Shown: positions 18,027 through 27,501, counted from the first letter of the stretch. The stretch is 32,000 nucleotides of DNA from Faecalibaculum rodentium (GCF_001564455.1 NZ_CP011391.1:1110001-1142000), one strand, 5' to 3'. The notes: a model not told the origin generated them from the letters alone. Numbers and translations are program-made.

Positions 18027-18569
18027 TTATTTTTTCTCGTTGTGAATGTAGCTGTCCAGCAGCCTGGCCATTTCATCCGGAGACTGTTTGCATCCGTCCA
18101 GCACCCAGTGGGACATCAAAAACACAAATCCGCCGGTCTGATAGATAATCCGGTTATGCATTACCGTACTGTCCCCTTCGATTTTGTATACACGGGGCAG
18201 CAGTACTTTGGCGAAATTGTTGAAATGTTCCAGTGCCACCGCACAAAGCTGGGGGGTTTTCAGGATCTTGTAGGTAACGTCCTTCTGTTCGAGAATCTCC
18301 TCGAATATATCCCTGTACCATTCATAGCGGTTGTTGTAGTTGCCTTCGTCAAACTGCCGAAGCAGGCTGTCGGTTCTTGTGCGAAGGAACTGAATCACCA
18401 CATCTTCTTTGTTTTCATACGTACGGTAATACGTCATGCGCGAGACGCCGGCTTTCTCAGCCAGTTCCGAAATAGTGATATCTTCGTATTTCTTCTGGTC
18501 CAGCAACAGCATCAGCGCCTCAAATATGCAGGTCCTCAGAAATTCGCTGGTCTTCCTTTGTCTTGTCAT
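18027..18569 (-). CDS. TetR/AcrR-family transcriptional regulator
   Basis: The N-terminal HTH is ITISELAEKAGVSRMTYYRTYENKEDV. Start chosen at MTRQRK (18569), with AAAGGTGA 7 nt upstream. Two hand-counted 60-nt lines give 45-48% G+C, lower than the neighbours. Confidence 0.85.
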   Translation of the reverse strand: MTRQRKTSEFLRTCIFEALMLLLDQKKYEDITISELAEKAGVSRMTYYRTYENKEDVVIQFLRTRTDSLLRQFDEGNYNNRYEWYRDIFEEILEQKDVTYKILKTPQLCAVALEHFNNFAKVLLPRVYKIEGDSTVMHNRIIYQTGGFVFLMSHWVLDGCKQSPDEMARLLDSYIHNEKK

Positions 18570-18724
18570 GTTTAAGTCACCTTTTTTCAATTTCAAGTAT
18601 ACCCCACTGGAACAAAAATCACCCTGATACTGCCCCGGACAACAATTGTATAGAAAAAGTAAATCAATTCAGAATCGGAGATTTCTCCTGTTCTGCCGGC
18701 TGTCCGGCGCCAACCGCAGGACGT

Positions 18725-18755
18725 GAAAAGCAGGGAATGCTCAGGCATCCCCTGC
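18725..18755 (-). terminator. intrinsic terminator of purC-purB
   Basis: Read on the minus strand: GCAGGGGATG, 6-nt loop, CATTCCCTGC (10 bp with one G-U pair; plus-strand coordinates 18730-18739/18746-18755), followed by TTTTC. Confidence 0.75.
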
Positions 18756-18801
18756 TGATATCTTTCCTGACCTGTCTGACAGGCTTTGTGTCGGTCGATG
18801 A

Positions 18802-20238
18802 TCAGACGCTGATTTCCGCAGTCATGTTCAAGGCCTCTTTGTTTGCATCCAGAATTGGATCTACAAACTCGCGGAAGAACGCTTCTGTCTGTTCCGGGGC
18901 CCGTCCGACGAATCGGGAGGGTTCCATGGATTCCAGAATCTGTTCCCGGGTGAGACCGAACCTGGGATCACCGGCGATCCGGTCGACCAGATCGTTCGGC
19001 CTGCCGAATTCCTTGACCTGCCTGGCTGCTTCCATGGAATGCTCGCGGATGGCTTCATGCAGCTCCTGCCGGTCGCCACCGGCTTTCACAGCATCCATCA
19101 TGATGTTTTCTGTCGCCATGAAGGGCAGTTCCCGAAGAAGATCGGCTTCAATGACTTTCGGATAGACCTTCAGTCCATCTGTGATGTTCAGGTAGAGATC
19201 CAGGATCCCGTCTGTCGCAAGAAAACCTTCTGCTACCGACATCCGCCGGTTGGCCGAGTCATCCAGAGTCCTTTCAAACCACTGGGTGCTGGCTGTCATG
19301 GCTGGATTCATGGCATCCGACATCACGAAATTGGCAAGGGCGGCCATCCGTTCGCTGCGCATCGGATTGCGCTTGTAGGCCATCGCACTTGAACCGATCT
19401 GGTTTTTTTCAAAGGGTTCCTCGATCTCCTTCATGTGCTGCAGCAGCCGGATGTCATTGCTGAACTTGTGTGCACTCTGGGCAATGCCCGACAGGGCGTG
19501 AAGGACCCGGGTATCATATTTGCGGGTGTATGTCTGACCGGAAACCGGGAAGACACTGTCATATCCCATTTTGGAGGCGATCAGAGCGTCGATCTGACTG
19601 GCTTTTGCTTCATCGCCGTCGAACAGCTCCATGAAGCTCGCCTGTGTCCCGGTCGTTCCCTTCTGTCCAAGAAGCTTTTTGTTGTCCAGAAGGTACTGAA
19701 TCTCCTCATAGTCCATGAGCAGATCCTGCGTCCAGAGGGCTGCGCGCTTGCCGACAGTGGTGGGCTGTGCCGGCTGGAAATGCGTGAACGCCAGAGTCGG
19801 CATATCCTTGTACTTCAGGGCAAACTCCCGGAGCTGTGCCAGTATGGCGACGATTTTTTTCTGCAGCAGGGCCAGCGCTTCGTGCATCACAATCAGATCG
19901 GTGTTGTCTCCCACATAGCAGCTGGTGGCACCCAGGTGGATGATGCCTCTGGCGTCCGGGCATTGCTGCCCATAGGCATAGACATGGGACATGACATCAT
20001 GACGGACCTTCGCTTCTCTGGCTTTTGCCACATCATAGTTGATGTCCTCTGCATGTTCCCTGAGCTGGGCAATCTGGACATCTGTGATGTCAAGGCCCAG
20101 TTCCTGCTCTGCTTCGGCCAGTGCGATCCACAGCCGGCGCCATGTCCGGAATTTTTTGTCATCCGAAAACAGCTCCTGCATTGGCCGGGATGCATACCGT
20201 GCAGAAAGAGGAGAAGACCAGATAGAATGATCTGCCAT
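18802..20238 (-). CDS. purB: adenylosuccinate lyase
   Basis: 478 aa. PLSARYAS...MQELFSDD, HLGATSCYVGDNTD, and the fumarate-lyase signature GSSAMAYKRNPMRSE. Confidence 0.95.
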   Translation of the reverse strand: MADHSIWSSPLSARYASRPMQELFSDDKKFRTWRRLWIALAEAEQELGLDITDVQIAQLREHAEDINYDVAKAREAKVRHDVMSHVYAYGQQCPDARGIIHLGATSCYVGDNTDLIVMHEALALLQKKIVAILAQLREFALKYKDMPTLAFTHFQPAQPTTVGKRAALWTQDLLMDYEEIQYLLDNKKLLGQKGTTGTQASFMELFDGDEAKASQIDALIASKMGYDSVFPVSGQTYTRKYDTRVLHALSGIAQSAHKFSNDIRLLQHMKEIEEPFEKNQIGSSAMAYKRNPMRSERMAALANFVMSDAMNPAMTASTQWFERTLDDSANRRMSVAEGFLATDGILDLYLNITDGLKVYPKVIEADLLRELPFMATENIMMDAVKAGGDRQELHEAIREHSMEAARQVKEFGRPNDLVDRIAGDPRFGLTREQILESMEPSRFVGRAPEQTEAFFREFVDPILDANKEALNMTAEISV

Positions 20239-20957
20239 CAGTCTGCCTCCGTAAATCCCATGCGGGCAAATACTTCTTTGTATGCACCTTCCGGATCTCC
20301 CAGGTCACGGCGGAAACGGTCCTTGTCCAGGTGTTCGCCTGTCTCCATGTCCCAGTACCGGCAGGTATCCGGAGAAATTTCATCAGCGAGGACAATGGTC
20401 CCGTCTGCGGTTTTTCCAAACTCCAGCTTGAAATCGATCAGCTCGATTCCGATGCCCTTGAAGAATGATTTCAACAGATCATTAACCCGGAAAGCATAGT
20501 CGGTAATGACATCGATCTCTTCCTGTGTAGCGGCTCCGATGGCTTTGGCCATATAGCTGTTGATCAGAGGGTCGCCCAGGTCGTCATCCTTGTAGGAAAA
20601 CTCCAGAGTGGAGCAGCGAAGATCGGAACCCTCGGGAATGCCAAGGCGTTTCGAAAAGCTTCCGGCTGCACGGTTGCGGATGATGACTTCCAGGGGAATG
20701 ATGTCGACTTTCTTCACGACAGTTTTCCGGTCGTCGATCTCCTTTACAAAGTGTGTGGGAATGCCCTGTTCTTCCAGCTGTTTCATCAGGTAGTTGGTCA
20801 TGCGGTTGTTGATGGCTCCTTTGCCGGCAATGGTCCCTTTTTTCAGGCCATTGAATGCAGTGGCGTCATCTTTGTAATCCACGATCACCAGATTCGGATC
20901 GTCGGTAGCATAGACCTTTTTGGCTTTGCCTTCATACATCTGTTCGAGCTGTTTCAT
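20238..20957 (-). CDS. purC: SAICAR synthetase
   Basis: LYEGKAKKVY-type N-terminus (MYEGKAKKVYATDDP), DDATAFNG, IPLEVIIRN, LADEISPDTCRYWD. GGAGGAA SD upstream. The stop overlaps the purB start (TGATG). Confidence 0.95.
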   Translation of the reverse strand: MKQLEQMYEGKAKKVYATDDPNLVIVDYKDDATAFNGLKKGTIAGKGAINNRMTNYLMKQLEEQGIPTHFVKEIDDRKTVVKKVDIIPLEVIIRNRAAGSFSKRLGIPEGSDLRCSTLEFSYKDDDLGDPLINSYMAKAIGAATQEEIDVITDYAFRVNDLLKSFFKGIGIELIDFKLEFGKTADGTIVLADEISPDTCRYWDMETGEHLDKDRFRRDLGDPEGAYKEVFARMGFTEAD

Positions 20958-21006
20958 GGTTCCTCCTTCAGATACCTTCCAGTGTCAGCCGGGCTGACTA
21001 TGTTTT

Positions 21007-21031
21007 ATTATACGAAGCAGCAAGGTATAAT
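21007..21031. promoter_or_regulatory. two perfect TATAAT boxes on opposite strands in the purC / murT divergent intergenic region
   Basis: Plus-strand TATAAT lies at 21026-21031, 25 nt before the murT ATG, with GGAGGA as the SD. Minus-strand TATAAT is the complement of 21007-21012, ~50 nt before the purC ATG. The -35 regions are poor (TTTTAT-like), and each would overlap the other promoter's -10. Confidence 0.4.
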
Positions 21032-21056
21032 AAAAGGCAGTTTTGGAGGACGCTGA

Positions 21057-22376
21057 ATGAAAAATCTCGCAATTGCAGCGGTTCGGATGTCCCGCTGGCT
21101 GCTGTCCTTTGCAGGACGCGGCGGGTCCCTTCCCGGCCAGATCGGACTCAGACTGGATCCCAGGATCCTGAGCAGACTGCAGATCGATGGCCCCGTGATT
21201 GTGGTGACAGGCACAAACGGCAAGACCAGTACAGCCAATCTGATCGCCGATCTTCTGGAGAAAGCCGGCTACCAGGTGGTCACCAACCGCAAGGGCGACA
21301 ATCTGAGAGAAGGAATCACTACGGCTCTTGTTTCGCAGACAAGTCTCGGCGGCCGTGTAAAAGCCACAGCTGCCGTATTGGAAACGGATGAACTGAATGT
21401 CAGATACATACTGCCGTCTCTGCCTGTAACGGCGCTGGTCGTGACGAATTTCTTCCGCGATCAGCTGGACCGTGCGAGGGAAATGGAGCAGCTCATTGAA
21501 TCTATAGAAGGGGTGCTGAAACCCTTCAGGGGGACGCTTATCCTCAACGCCAACGACCCGAACGTGCTTCGTCTGGCCACAAAAGCCCCGAAGGCCAGCG
21601 TCATGACATTCGGGGTGTCTGAAAACAGTGCCACCACCCGTACAACCAGTGAAGCGGCAGAAGGCAAATTCTGCCCGGTTTGCGGACAGCCGCTGGACTA
21701 TGACTGGTATCAGTATTCTCATATCGGAAAGTTTCACTGTCCTGGCTGCGGGTTTTCCACACCTGCTGACATCAATGTCAATCTGGATCAGATCGATGTG
21801 GATGACAGAAGCTTCAGCTGGAACGGACAGCGGTTTCACAGTCCCTATGAGGGTCTGTACTCCATGTACAATGCCGCCGCTGTCCTGGCTGTGGGAAAAC
21901 TTCTGAACATACCCGGCAAAGTGGCAGAATATGTCTTCCGGCATGCCCCGCAGCCGGCTGGCAGAAACGAAACATTTGAAATCAACGGGCAGAACGTGAT
22001 CCTGAACCTGATCAAGAACCCGACGGGTGCCAATGAGGTGATGAAAGTCATCGAGAAAGACCGGAGCCCCAAACAGGTTGTCATCGTGCTCAATGACAGG
22101 GAACAGGACGGACGGGATGTGAGCTGGATCTACGATACCCACTTTGAGAAGTTCATGAATCCGGAGACAAGGGCCATCTGGTGCACAGGAACCCGTTCCG
22201 GAGATATGGGACTGCGGATGCTGTATGGCGGCTGGGACGGAGAACTGAACCTGTCTTCCAATTTGAAGGAAACGATTCAGAAAGCCGTTGCCAGCGGGGA
22301 CACTGTGTATGTGGTGGCGACCTATACAGCCCTGGTACCGGCCAGAAACGCCATTCTGGAGGAGGTGCGATCATGA
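21057..22376 (+). CDS. murT: lipid II isoglutaminyl synthase, MurT subunit (Mur ligase family)
   Basis: ATP-binding VTGTNGKTST, the MurT-specific Cys ribbon CPVCGQPLDY...FHCPGCGF, and a C-terminal DUF1727-like part. Followed by gatD. Confidence 0.9.
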   Translation: MKNLAIAAVRMSRWLLSFAGRGGSLPGQIGLRLDPRILSRLQIDGPVIVVTGTNGKTSTANLIADLLEKAGYQVVTNRKGDNLREGITTALVSQTSLGGRVKATAAVLETDELNVRYILPSLPVTALVVTNFFRDQLDRAREMEQLIESIEGVLKPFRGTLILNANDPNVLRLATKAPKASVMTFGVSENSATTRTTSEAAEGKFCPVCGQPLDYDWYQYSHIGKFHCPGCGFSTPADINVNLDQIDVDDRSFSWNGQRFHSPYEGLYSMYNAAAVLAVGKLLNIPGKVAEYVFRHAPQPAGRNETFEINGQNVILNLIKNPTGANEVMKVIEKDRSPKQVVIVLNDREQDGRDVSWIYDTHFEKFMNPETRAIWCTGTRSGDMGLRMLYGGWDGELNLSSNLKETIQKAVASGDTVYVVATYTALVPARNAILEEVRS

Positions 22377-23110
22377 AAATCGCCTGGTTGTATCATGACT
22401 TTATGGACCTGTATGGGGACAAAGGAAACATCATGGTTCTGCAGAAACGCTGCCGGGACAGAGGCATCCCCTGTGAAGTGGACAAGATCGGCATCGGTCA
22501 GGAAGCCGACCTATCGACCTACGATCTGATCTTTCTGGGGGGCGGAGCGGACAAGGAACAGCTGCAGCTGATTCCCGACCTTCTGTCCCGCCGGGACAAC
22601 ATCCGCAAGGCACTGGACGAAGGCACCTTTGCCCTGCTGATCTGCGGAGGCTACCAGCTTTTTGGACAATATTATATTGCAGCTGACGGAACCAGAATCG
22701 AGGGACTGGGGTTCCACTCCTACTGTACGGAGACAGGAAAGGCCGGGTCCAGGTGCATCGGAAACATTGTCATAGATGCCGATCTGGATGACCGCAGAAC
22801 CCGGATCATCGGCTTTGAAAACCACGGCGGTCAGACACTGAACGTGACCAGACCGCTGGGCAAGGTAGTCAGCGGCTGCGGAAACAGCTTCCATGCCGGA
22901 TATGAAGGATATTATGACGGGCAGATGCTGGGTACATACCTGCATGGGCCTCTGCTCCCGAAAAATCCGGAAGTTGCTGATTTTGTCATCGCAAAGGCTA
23001 TGCAGAAGCGGAACCCTTCTTTCCGGATGGAGGACCTCAAACCGCTGGATGACAGCGTTGCGGCCCTTGCCAGGAGTCAGGTCCTGCAAAAACTCGGACT
23101 GGAATCCTGA
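22373..23110 (+). CDS. gatD: lipid II isoglutaminyl synthase, GatD glutaminase subunit (CobQ-type amidotransferase)
   Basis: MKIAWLYHDFMDLYGDKGN, nucleophile context LLICGGYQLFG, and YLHGPLLPKNP. ATGA overlap with murT, with GGAGGAGG upstream. Confidence 0.88.
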   Translation: MKIAWLYHDFMDLYGDKGNIMVLQKRCRDRGIPCEVDKIGIGQEADLSTYDLIFLGGGADKEQLQLIPDLLSRRDNIRKALDEGTFALLICGGYQLFGQYYIAADGTRIEGLGFHSYCTETGKAGSRCIGNIVIDADLDDRRTRIIGFENHGGQTLNVTRPLGKVVSGCGNSFHAGYEGYYDGQMLGTYLHGPLLPKNPEVADFVIAKAMQKRNPSFRMEDLKPLDDSVAALARSQVLQKLGLES

Positions 23111-23146
23111 GTTTCTGCTCCCGGACGGATTCCTGTATTCAGAATC

Positions 23147-23209
23147 AAAAAAAAACCTCCCGGCTGGACAGTGTTTCACACATTCATTGCCACAGCGCGA
23201 GAGGTTTTT
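23147..23209. terminator. possible bidirectional terminator between gatD and the convergent GNAT gene
   Basis: AAAAACCTC (23151-23159) can pair with GAGGTTTTT (23201-23209), giving an A-run on one side and a T-run on the other. The enclosed ~40 nt pair only imperfectly (ggctg/cagc). Confidence 0.3.
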
Positions 23210-23230
23210 GTCTGTTTCCAGGAAGAAGGG

Positions 23231-23758
23231 TCAATCATCCGGATAAATGTGTTCGTTTGCCCATGGTCCCAGACGCCTGATCAGAAACGCTTTGTAGTCC
23301 TCGTACGTTACGCTTCCGTTCCGTACGAGCAGCTTCATGGGAACATCAAAGAGCCGTATGCCGGTATTCATGACAGCAAATCCGTTATTCTGATAAAACG
23401 AAAGCCGTCTGTGTTCAGGACTCCCTTCTGGCGCCTTGTCGGGATTTTCGATTTCCAGAACGACTCTCTGCCCAGGATACAGGGCCTCAAAGGCGGTCAG
23501 TGCCCGGGATCCGTGACCCTGGCTGTGAATGGCGGGATCCACGGCCAGATAGTCAATAAGGAGCAGCCCGTCGTCTTTCATGGTGATCAGCAGTCCGCTG
23601 AAGTCCGGGTCCATCATCATGAGGATATCCGCGTTTCCGGTTTCATGCATGGCCAGAATCATGTCAAAGGGTTTCCGTTCACTGTCCGGAAAGGAGACCA
23701 TGTACAGATTCCGGACTCTGTTCAGGTCCTGTTCTGTTGTGGCTGGTATCAGTTTCAT
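23231..23758 (-). CDS. GNAT-family N-acetyltransferase
   Basis: 175 aa from MKLIPATTEQDL. Acetyl-CoA binding region YLAVDPAIHSQGHGSRAL, and FYQNNGF near the C-terminus. The SD is weak (GTGATA). Confidence 0.8.
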   Translation of the reverse strand: MKLIPATTEQDLNRVRNLYMVSFPDSERKPFDMILAMHETGNADILMMMDPDFSGLLITMKDDGLLLIDYLAVDPAIHSQGHGSRALTAFEALYPGQRVVLEIENPDKAPEGSPEHRRLSFYQNNGFAVMNTGIRLFDVPMKLLVRNGSVTYEDYKAFLIRRLGPWANEHIYPDD

Positions 23759-23811
23759 ACATATCACTGTATCACTGCCTGTGGGAGGCCGCCACCGGCA
23801 GGCAGCCGGAT

Positions 23812-24717
23812 TCACAGACTGACCAGCCAGGAAATAAACGGCAGCGTGATCATGGACAGCAAAGTGGACACAAAGATGAGTCTGGAGGCAAATGCCGGAT
23901 CCCTGTCATATTTCTGTGCCAGCATGCCCGTTGTGCTTGCTGCGGGCATGGCAGAGAGAACCACGCATACCTGCCTGGCCAGCCGCGGAACCGGCACCTG
24001 GAGCAGAAGGAACCAGATGACCAGCGGCAGGGCAACCAGCCGGATACAGGAATATCCGAGTGTCACCGGTGAAAAGACATTCTGTTTGTCTGCATCTGCC
24101 ATCATGCCGCCGATCATCATCATGGACAGAGCTGTATTGCAGCTTCCCACTGCATGAATGGCAGCATCCAGCGGCTCAGGCAGCAGGATCCCGTTCATGC
24201 GTAACAGAAGCACAGCCACACCGATTTCCAGGGCGATGATGCATGGATGGAGCAGGACTTTGCGGATGGCTGTTCTGCGGTCTGCCCTGGTATACAGCGC
24301 CAGTCCCGCACTCCACATCACGATACGCTGAGGAATCAGGAAGATCGAGGCACAGAGAAGGCCCAGGCTGCCATACAGCTGACCGGCAATGGGCATTCCC
24401 ATGAACCCGGCGTTCGATACCAGTGTCCCGTAACGCAGACTGATCTGCTGGTTTTCCGGCTGGTGTCGCCAGAGCAGTTTCGCTGTCAGGGAATACAGGA
24501 CCTGGATACCGATGGAACAGAAGAGCACGGAGGACATAGTCCTGAATTCCTCCCAGGTCAGGTCCAGCTCAAAGGACTGGATGATGGCGGCGGGAAGAAC
24601 CAGTGACAGAACCAGTGAGGTCAGCTGAGTACGTGCGGATTTGCTCAGAAGATTTTTCCATGCGACAAACCAGCCAAGGGCGAGCAGCAGAAAGATTTCG
24701 AGCTGCAGAGACAGCAT
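23812..24717 (-). CDS. AEC (auxin efflux carrier) family transporter
   Basis: 301 aa and about 10 hydrophobic segments. The N-terminus EIFLLLALGWF...LSKSARTQLTSLVLSLVLPAAI is typical of AEC/malate-permease-like proteins. Confidence 0.82.
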   Translation of the reverse strand: MLSLQLEIFLLLALGWFVAWKNLLSKSARTQLTSLVLSLVLPAAIIQSFELDLTWEEFRTMSSVLFCSIGIQVLYSLTAKLLWRHQPENQQISLRYGTLVSNAGFMGMPIAGQLYGSLGLLCASIFLIPQRIVMWSAGLALYTRADRRTAIRKVLLHPCIIALEIGVAVLLLRMNGILLPEPLDAAIHAVGSCNTALSMMMIGGMMADADKQNVFSPVTLGYSCIRLVALPLVIWFLLLQVPVPRLARQVCVVLSAMPAASTTGMLAQKYDRDPAFASRLIFVSTLLSMITLPFISWLVSL

Positions 24718-24769
24718 ATAAATATCATTCCCTTTCTGTTAGAATTCACTGATGAATGGAGGTCTCAGT

Positions 24770-25693
24770 ATGAAAAAAGTGATAACCGTCCTGACTGCCA
24801 TGATCCTGGCTCTGTCGCTGGGGGCGTGCAGCAGCCGGGATCCGGCTGTGATGCTGAAGGACGATGTTTCATTCCGGCTGATGGATGCCTTGAAGGTCAC
24901 CAATCAGACAACGAATACAGTGTATTATTATTATCTGGCTTCTGTCGACAACCAGTCGCAGGAAGCGTATTCCATGGACTCGCTTTCGTTCAAGGTCACG
25001 GATGAAGCAAATGATGACATTCATGCCATAGACAGAAAGCAGACGATCATTGCCAGATCGGTCCAGCCATCTCATTCCACGCTGGTTTATGGCTATACCG
25101 GGTATCCCAACAACGATCAGAAACACATGGGTCTGCTGTTTCCCAAAAACGAGGGATTCATCCCGTTTGATGCGGCAGATCTTCGACAGATTTCCGACAG
25201 GAATGTCAGGTATTCCGAACAAAATGCCTTCACATTGTATGAAGACCGGGACTTTGCATTCCGTGTGGATGGATCTGAGGCTTCCTACAGCTATGAAAAC
25301 GGATCGTCATGGGTCAGGGGACTGATCATTACCTATGAAAACAAGACCGATGACCGGCTTGTGGTTCCATATATCACACCATTGTGCAGACTGACGGGAA
25401 TCAGGCTTGCAGACTATTCCGATAAAGGAGATCTCAAGTCCATGAATGAGGACGAGCTGCGAAAGGTGGATTTCCGTACAGATGGAATGGCACCGCGTAC
25501 GCAGACCTATGACGGGACTGCCTCGGGCTATGAGTGTCTGTACCTGGATCCGGAAATGAGTCTTCCATGCCGGATCGATTTTCAGTTCGAGGGAGTGATT
25601 CCTGACTTCGCGAATTACAATCCCAAGTCGCTGACCATTGACCTGAATTCTGCGGCTCTCGGATATTCACAGGAGCTGTACATTCCATATTGA
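24770..25693 (+). CDS. lipoprotein of unknown function
   Basis: MKKVITVLTAMILALSLGAC is a signal peptide with the lipobox L-G-A-C. GGAGG lies 7 nt upstream of the ATG at 24770. I recognise no domain in the remainder, and G+C looks lower than in the core genes. Confidence 0.75.
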   Translation: MKKVITVLTAMILALSLGACSSRDPAVMLKDDVSFRLMDALKVTNQTTNTVYYYYLASVDNQSQEAYSMDSLSFKVTDEANDDIHAIDRKQTIIARSVQPSHSTLVYGYTGYPNNDQKHMGLLFPKNEGFIPFDAADLRQISDRNVRYSEQNAFTLYEDRDFAFRVDGSEASYSYENGSSWVRGLIITYENKTDDRLVVPYITPLCRLTGIRLADYSDKGDLKSMNEDELRKVDFRTDGMAPRTQTYDGTASGYECLYLDPEMSLPCRIDFQFEGVIPDFANYNPKSLTIDLNSAALGYSQELYIPY

Positions 25694-25742
25694 GGCAGCG
25701 ATGGTTTGTGTATCGGGCAACCTGAAACTCTGCAGAAGAATA

Positions 25743-25774
25743 CCGGACAGGCATACAGTCTGCCGGTTTTTTTT
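25743..25774 (+). terminator. intrinsic terminator after the lipoprotein gene
   Basis: ccgg(a)cag (25743-25750) pairs with ctgccgg (25760-25766), 7 bp with one bulge, followed by TTTTTTTT (25767-25774). Confidence 0.8.
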
Positions 25775-25879
25775 GTGGATTGATATAGTGATGCTGGAAT
25801 GAGTATGTACAGCAGGTCTTTGTCTGGAACCGCCAGAGGAAACAGACTTCAGGCTGCATCGTGCATACTGGAGGTGACC

Positions 25880-27445
25880 ATGGCATCATTGAAATCAATG
25901 CAGGAACAGGACAGACTCCAGGGATATGAACAGCTCAAGAAGAAAACAGACGGGTATTATCAGTCCTCTGTCGGACTTGGAGACTACAAACCTTTTGCAG
26001 CTGCCAGAGGCAGCTTTGCTGAAAGAAACAAACGTGGAAACATGGTACGGCTGCGAAATACGGCTGGCCGAATCGACAGGAAGAAACTGCGCTTCATTGT
26101 GGAGGAAGCGGAGAAACACCAGGTCGATATGGTGCATTTCGCCACTTGCCAGACAGTACAGTTTCATCATCTGCAGCCCGATCAGGTGATCTCCCTTTTG
26201 GAGGACATCGTCGACAATGGGTATGAGACGTATGGTACCGGCGGAGACTATCCCCGCAACATTATGTGCAGTCCATTGTCCGGTGTGGATCCTGACGAGG
26301 TCATGAATGTGCTTCCATATGCAGAGGCAGCAGCACAGTATCTGGTGGAAACGGTGGATGACCCGGATATGCCGCGGAAACTGAAAACTGCTTTTTTGGG
26401 GGACCGTGAGAATATGACCCATGCCACGTACAGAGATCTGGGATTTGCCGCGACTGACGTAGGTACATTCGATATATATGCTGCAGGCGGTCTGGGGCCG
26501 AATCCGGCATTCGGCGTGCAGGTAGGGCAGGATGTCAAACCGGTGGAATGCCTGTACTATGTCCAGGCCATGATGAATACATTTCGCAAATATGGCAATA
26601 CAGGAAATAAGCGGAGAGCCAGAACCCGGTACATGGTTGAAGATCTGGGCGGGGATGAAGCATTTCGGCAGGCATTCCTGCAGGAGCTTGCAGCGGTAAG
26701 AAATGCTTTGCAGCTGGAGCTCGGTCCTGAGATTGTGTCACCGGTCACGAAGGAAGGAGATGGGACCAGCCCGCAGACTCACTGGCGCATCCAGCCGCAG
26801 AAACAGCAGGGCCTCTACAGTGTTTTGTACCATCCCGTGGGAGGATGTCCGAAGCTGTCAGTGCTTCGCAGTCTTTCAACGGCTCTGGATTCCATGGACG
26901 GTGTGGAACTTCGCACTAGCCCGGATCAGTCTGTGTATATCATCAATCTGACTGGCTGTGAGGCAGATCTCATTGCCCGCATCACGGAAGCGGATACTGC
27001 CCGGTCACTGTTTGAAACGAGTACCGCCTGCGTGGGTGCCGGAACCTGCGTTGTGGGAGTCCGCGACAGTCAGAAGCTGCTCAAAGAAATGATCAGGGCT
27101 GTCAGAGAAGCCGGTATCAGTCAGGATGCGCTGCCAAAACTGCACATCTCTGGATGTCCTTCTTCCTGCTCGGCACAGCAGACAGCCGAGATTGGTTTGC
27201 GTGGAACAGTGAAAGTGGTAGCCAAAGGCGATATCCGTCCCGCATATTTTCTGTCTCTGCATGGGAAAAACGGGCGAAATGATTCCAGGATGGGCAGAGA
27301 AGCCGGAGTGATTCTGGAAGAGGATATGATTCCCTTTATACTGAGCCTTGGACGGGAAGTCAGCGATACAGGTCTCGCCTATCATGACTGGGCTGAAAAC
27401 CATCCGGGGCGGCTGGATGAGATTGCCGCCCAGTATACAAAATAA
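25880..27445 (+). CDS. nitrite/sulfite reductase family hemoprotein (siroheme/4Fe-4S type)
   Basis: 521 aa from MASLKSMQ. There are two NIR_SIR-like halves. The cluster/siroheme cysteines are intact: CVGAGTC (C-x5-C) and CPSSC (C-x3-C). GGAGGTG SD upstream. Terminators flank it on both sides. Confidence 0.85.
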   Translation: MASLKSMQEQDRLQGYEQLKKKTDGYYQSSVGLGDYKPFAAARGSFAERNKRGNMVRLRNTAGRIDRKKLRFIVEEAEKHQVDMVHFATCQTVQFHHLQPDQVISLLEDIVDNGYETYGTGGDYPRNIMCSPLSGVDPDEVMNVLPYAEAAAQYLVETVDDPDMPRKLKTAFLGDRENMTHATYRDLGFAATDVGTFDIYAAGGLGPNPAFGVQVGQDVKPVECLYYVQAMMNTFRKYGNTGNKRRARTRYMVEDLGGDEAFRQAFLQELAAVRNALQLELGPEIVSPVTKEGDGTSPQTHWRIQPQKQQGLYSVLYHPVGGCPKLSVLRSLSTALDSMDGVELRTSPDQSVYIINLTGCEADLIARITEADTARSLFETSTACVGAGTCVVGVRDSQKLLKEMIRAVREAGISQDALPKLHISGCPSSCSAQQTAEIGLRGTVKVVAKGDIRPAYFLSLHGKNGRNDSRMGREAGVILEEDMIPFILSLGREVSDTGLAYHDWAENHPGRLDEIAAQYTK

Positions 27446-27472
27446 GCACGCACTATCTTTCTTTGTGTCATA

Positions 27473-27501
27473 CCGGGATCCTGATCGGATTCCGGTTTTT
27501 T
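27473..27501 (+). terminator. intrinsic terminator after the sulfite reductase-like gene
   Basis: ccgggatcc (27473-27481) pairs with ggattccgg (27487-27495), 9 bp with one G-U pair and a 5-nt loop, followed by TTTTTT (27496-27501). Confidence 0.8.

Noticed and set aside
20958-21006. Possible purine riboswitch or PurR box in front of purC.
   Set aside because: The leader is only ~45 nt, too short for a purine aptamer (~70 nt plus an expression platform), and I recognise no PurBox-like sequence.
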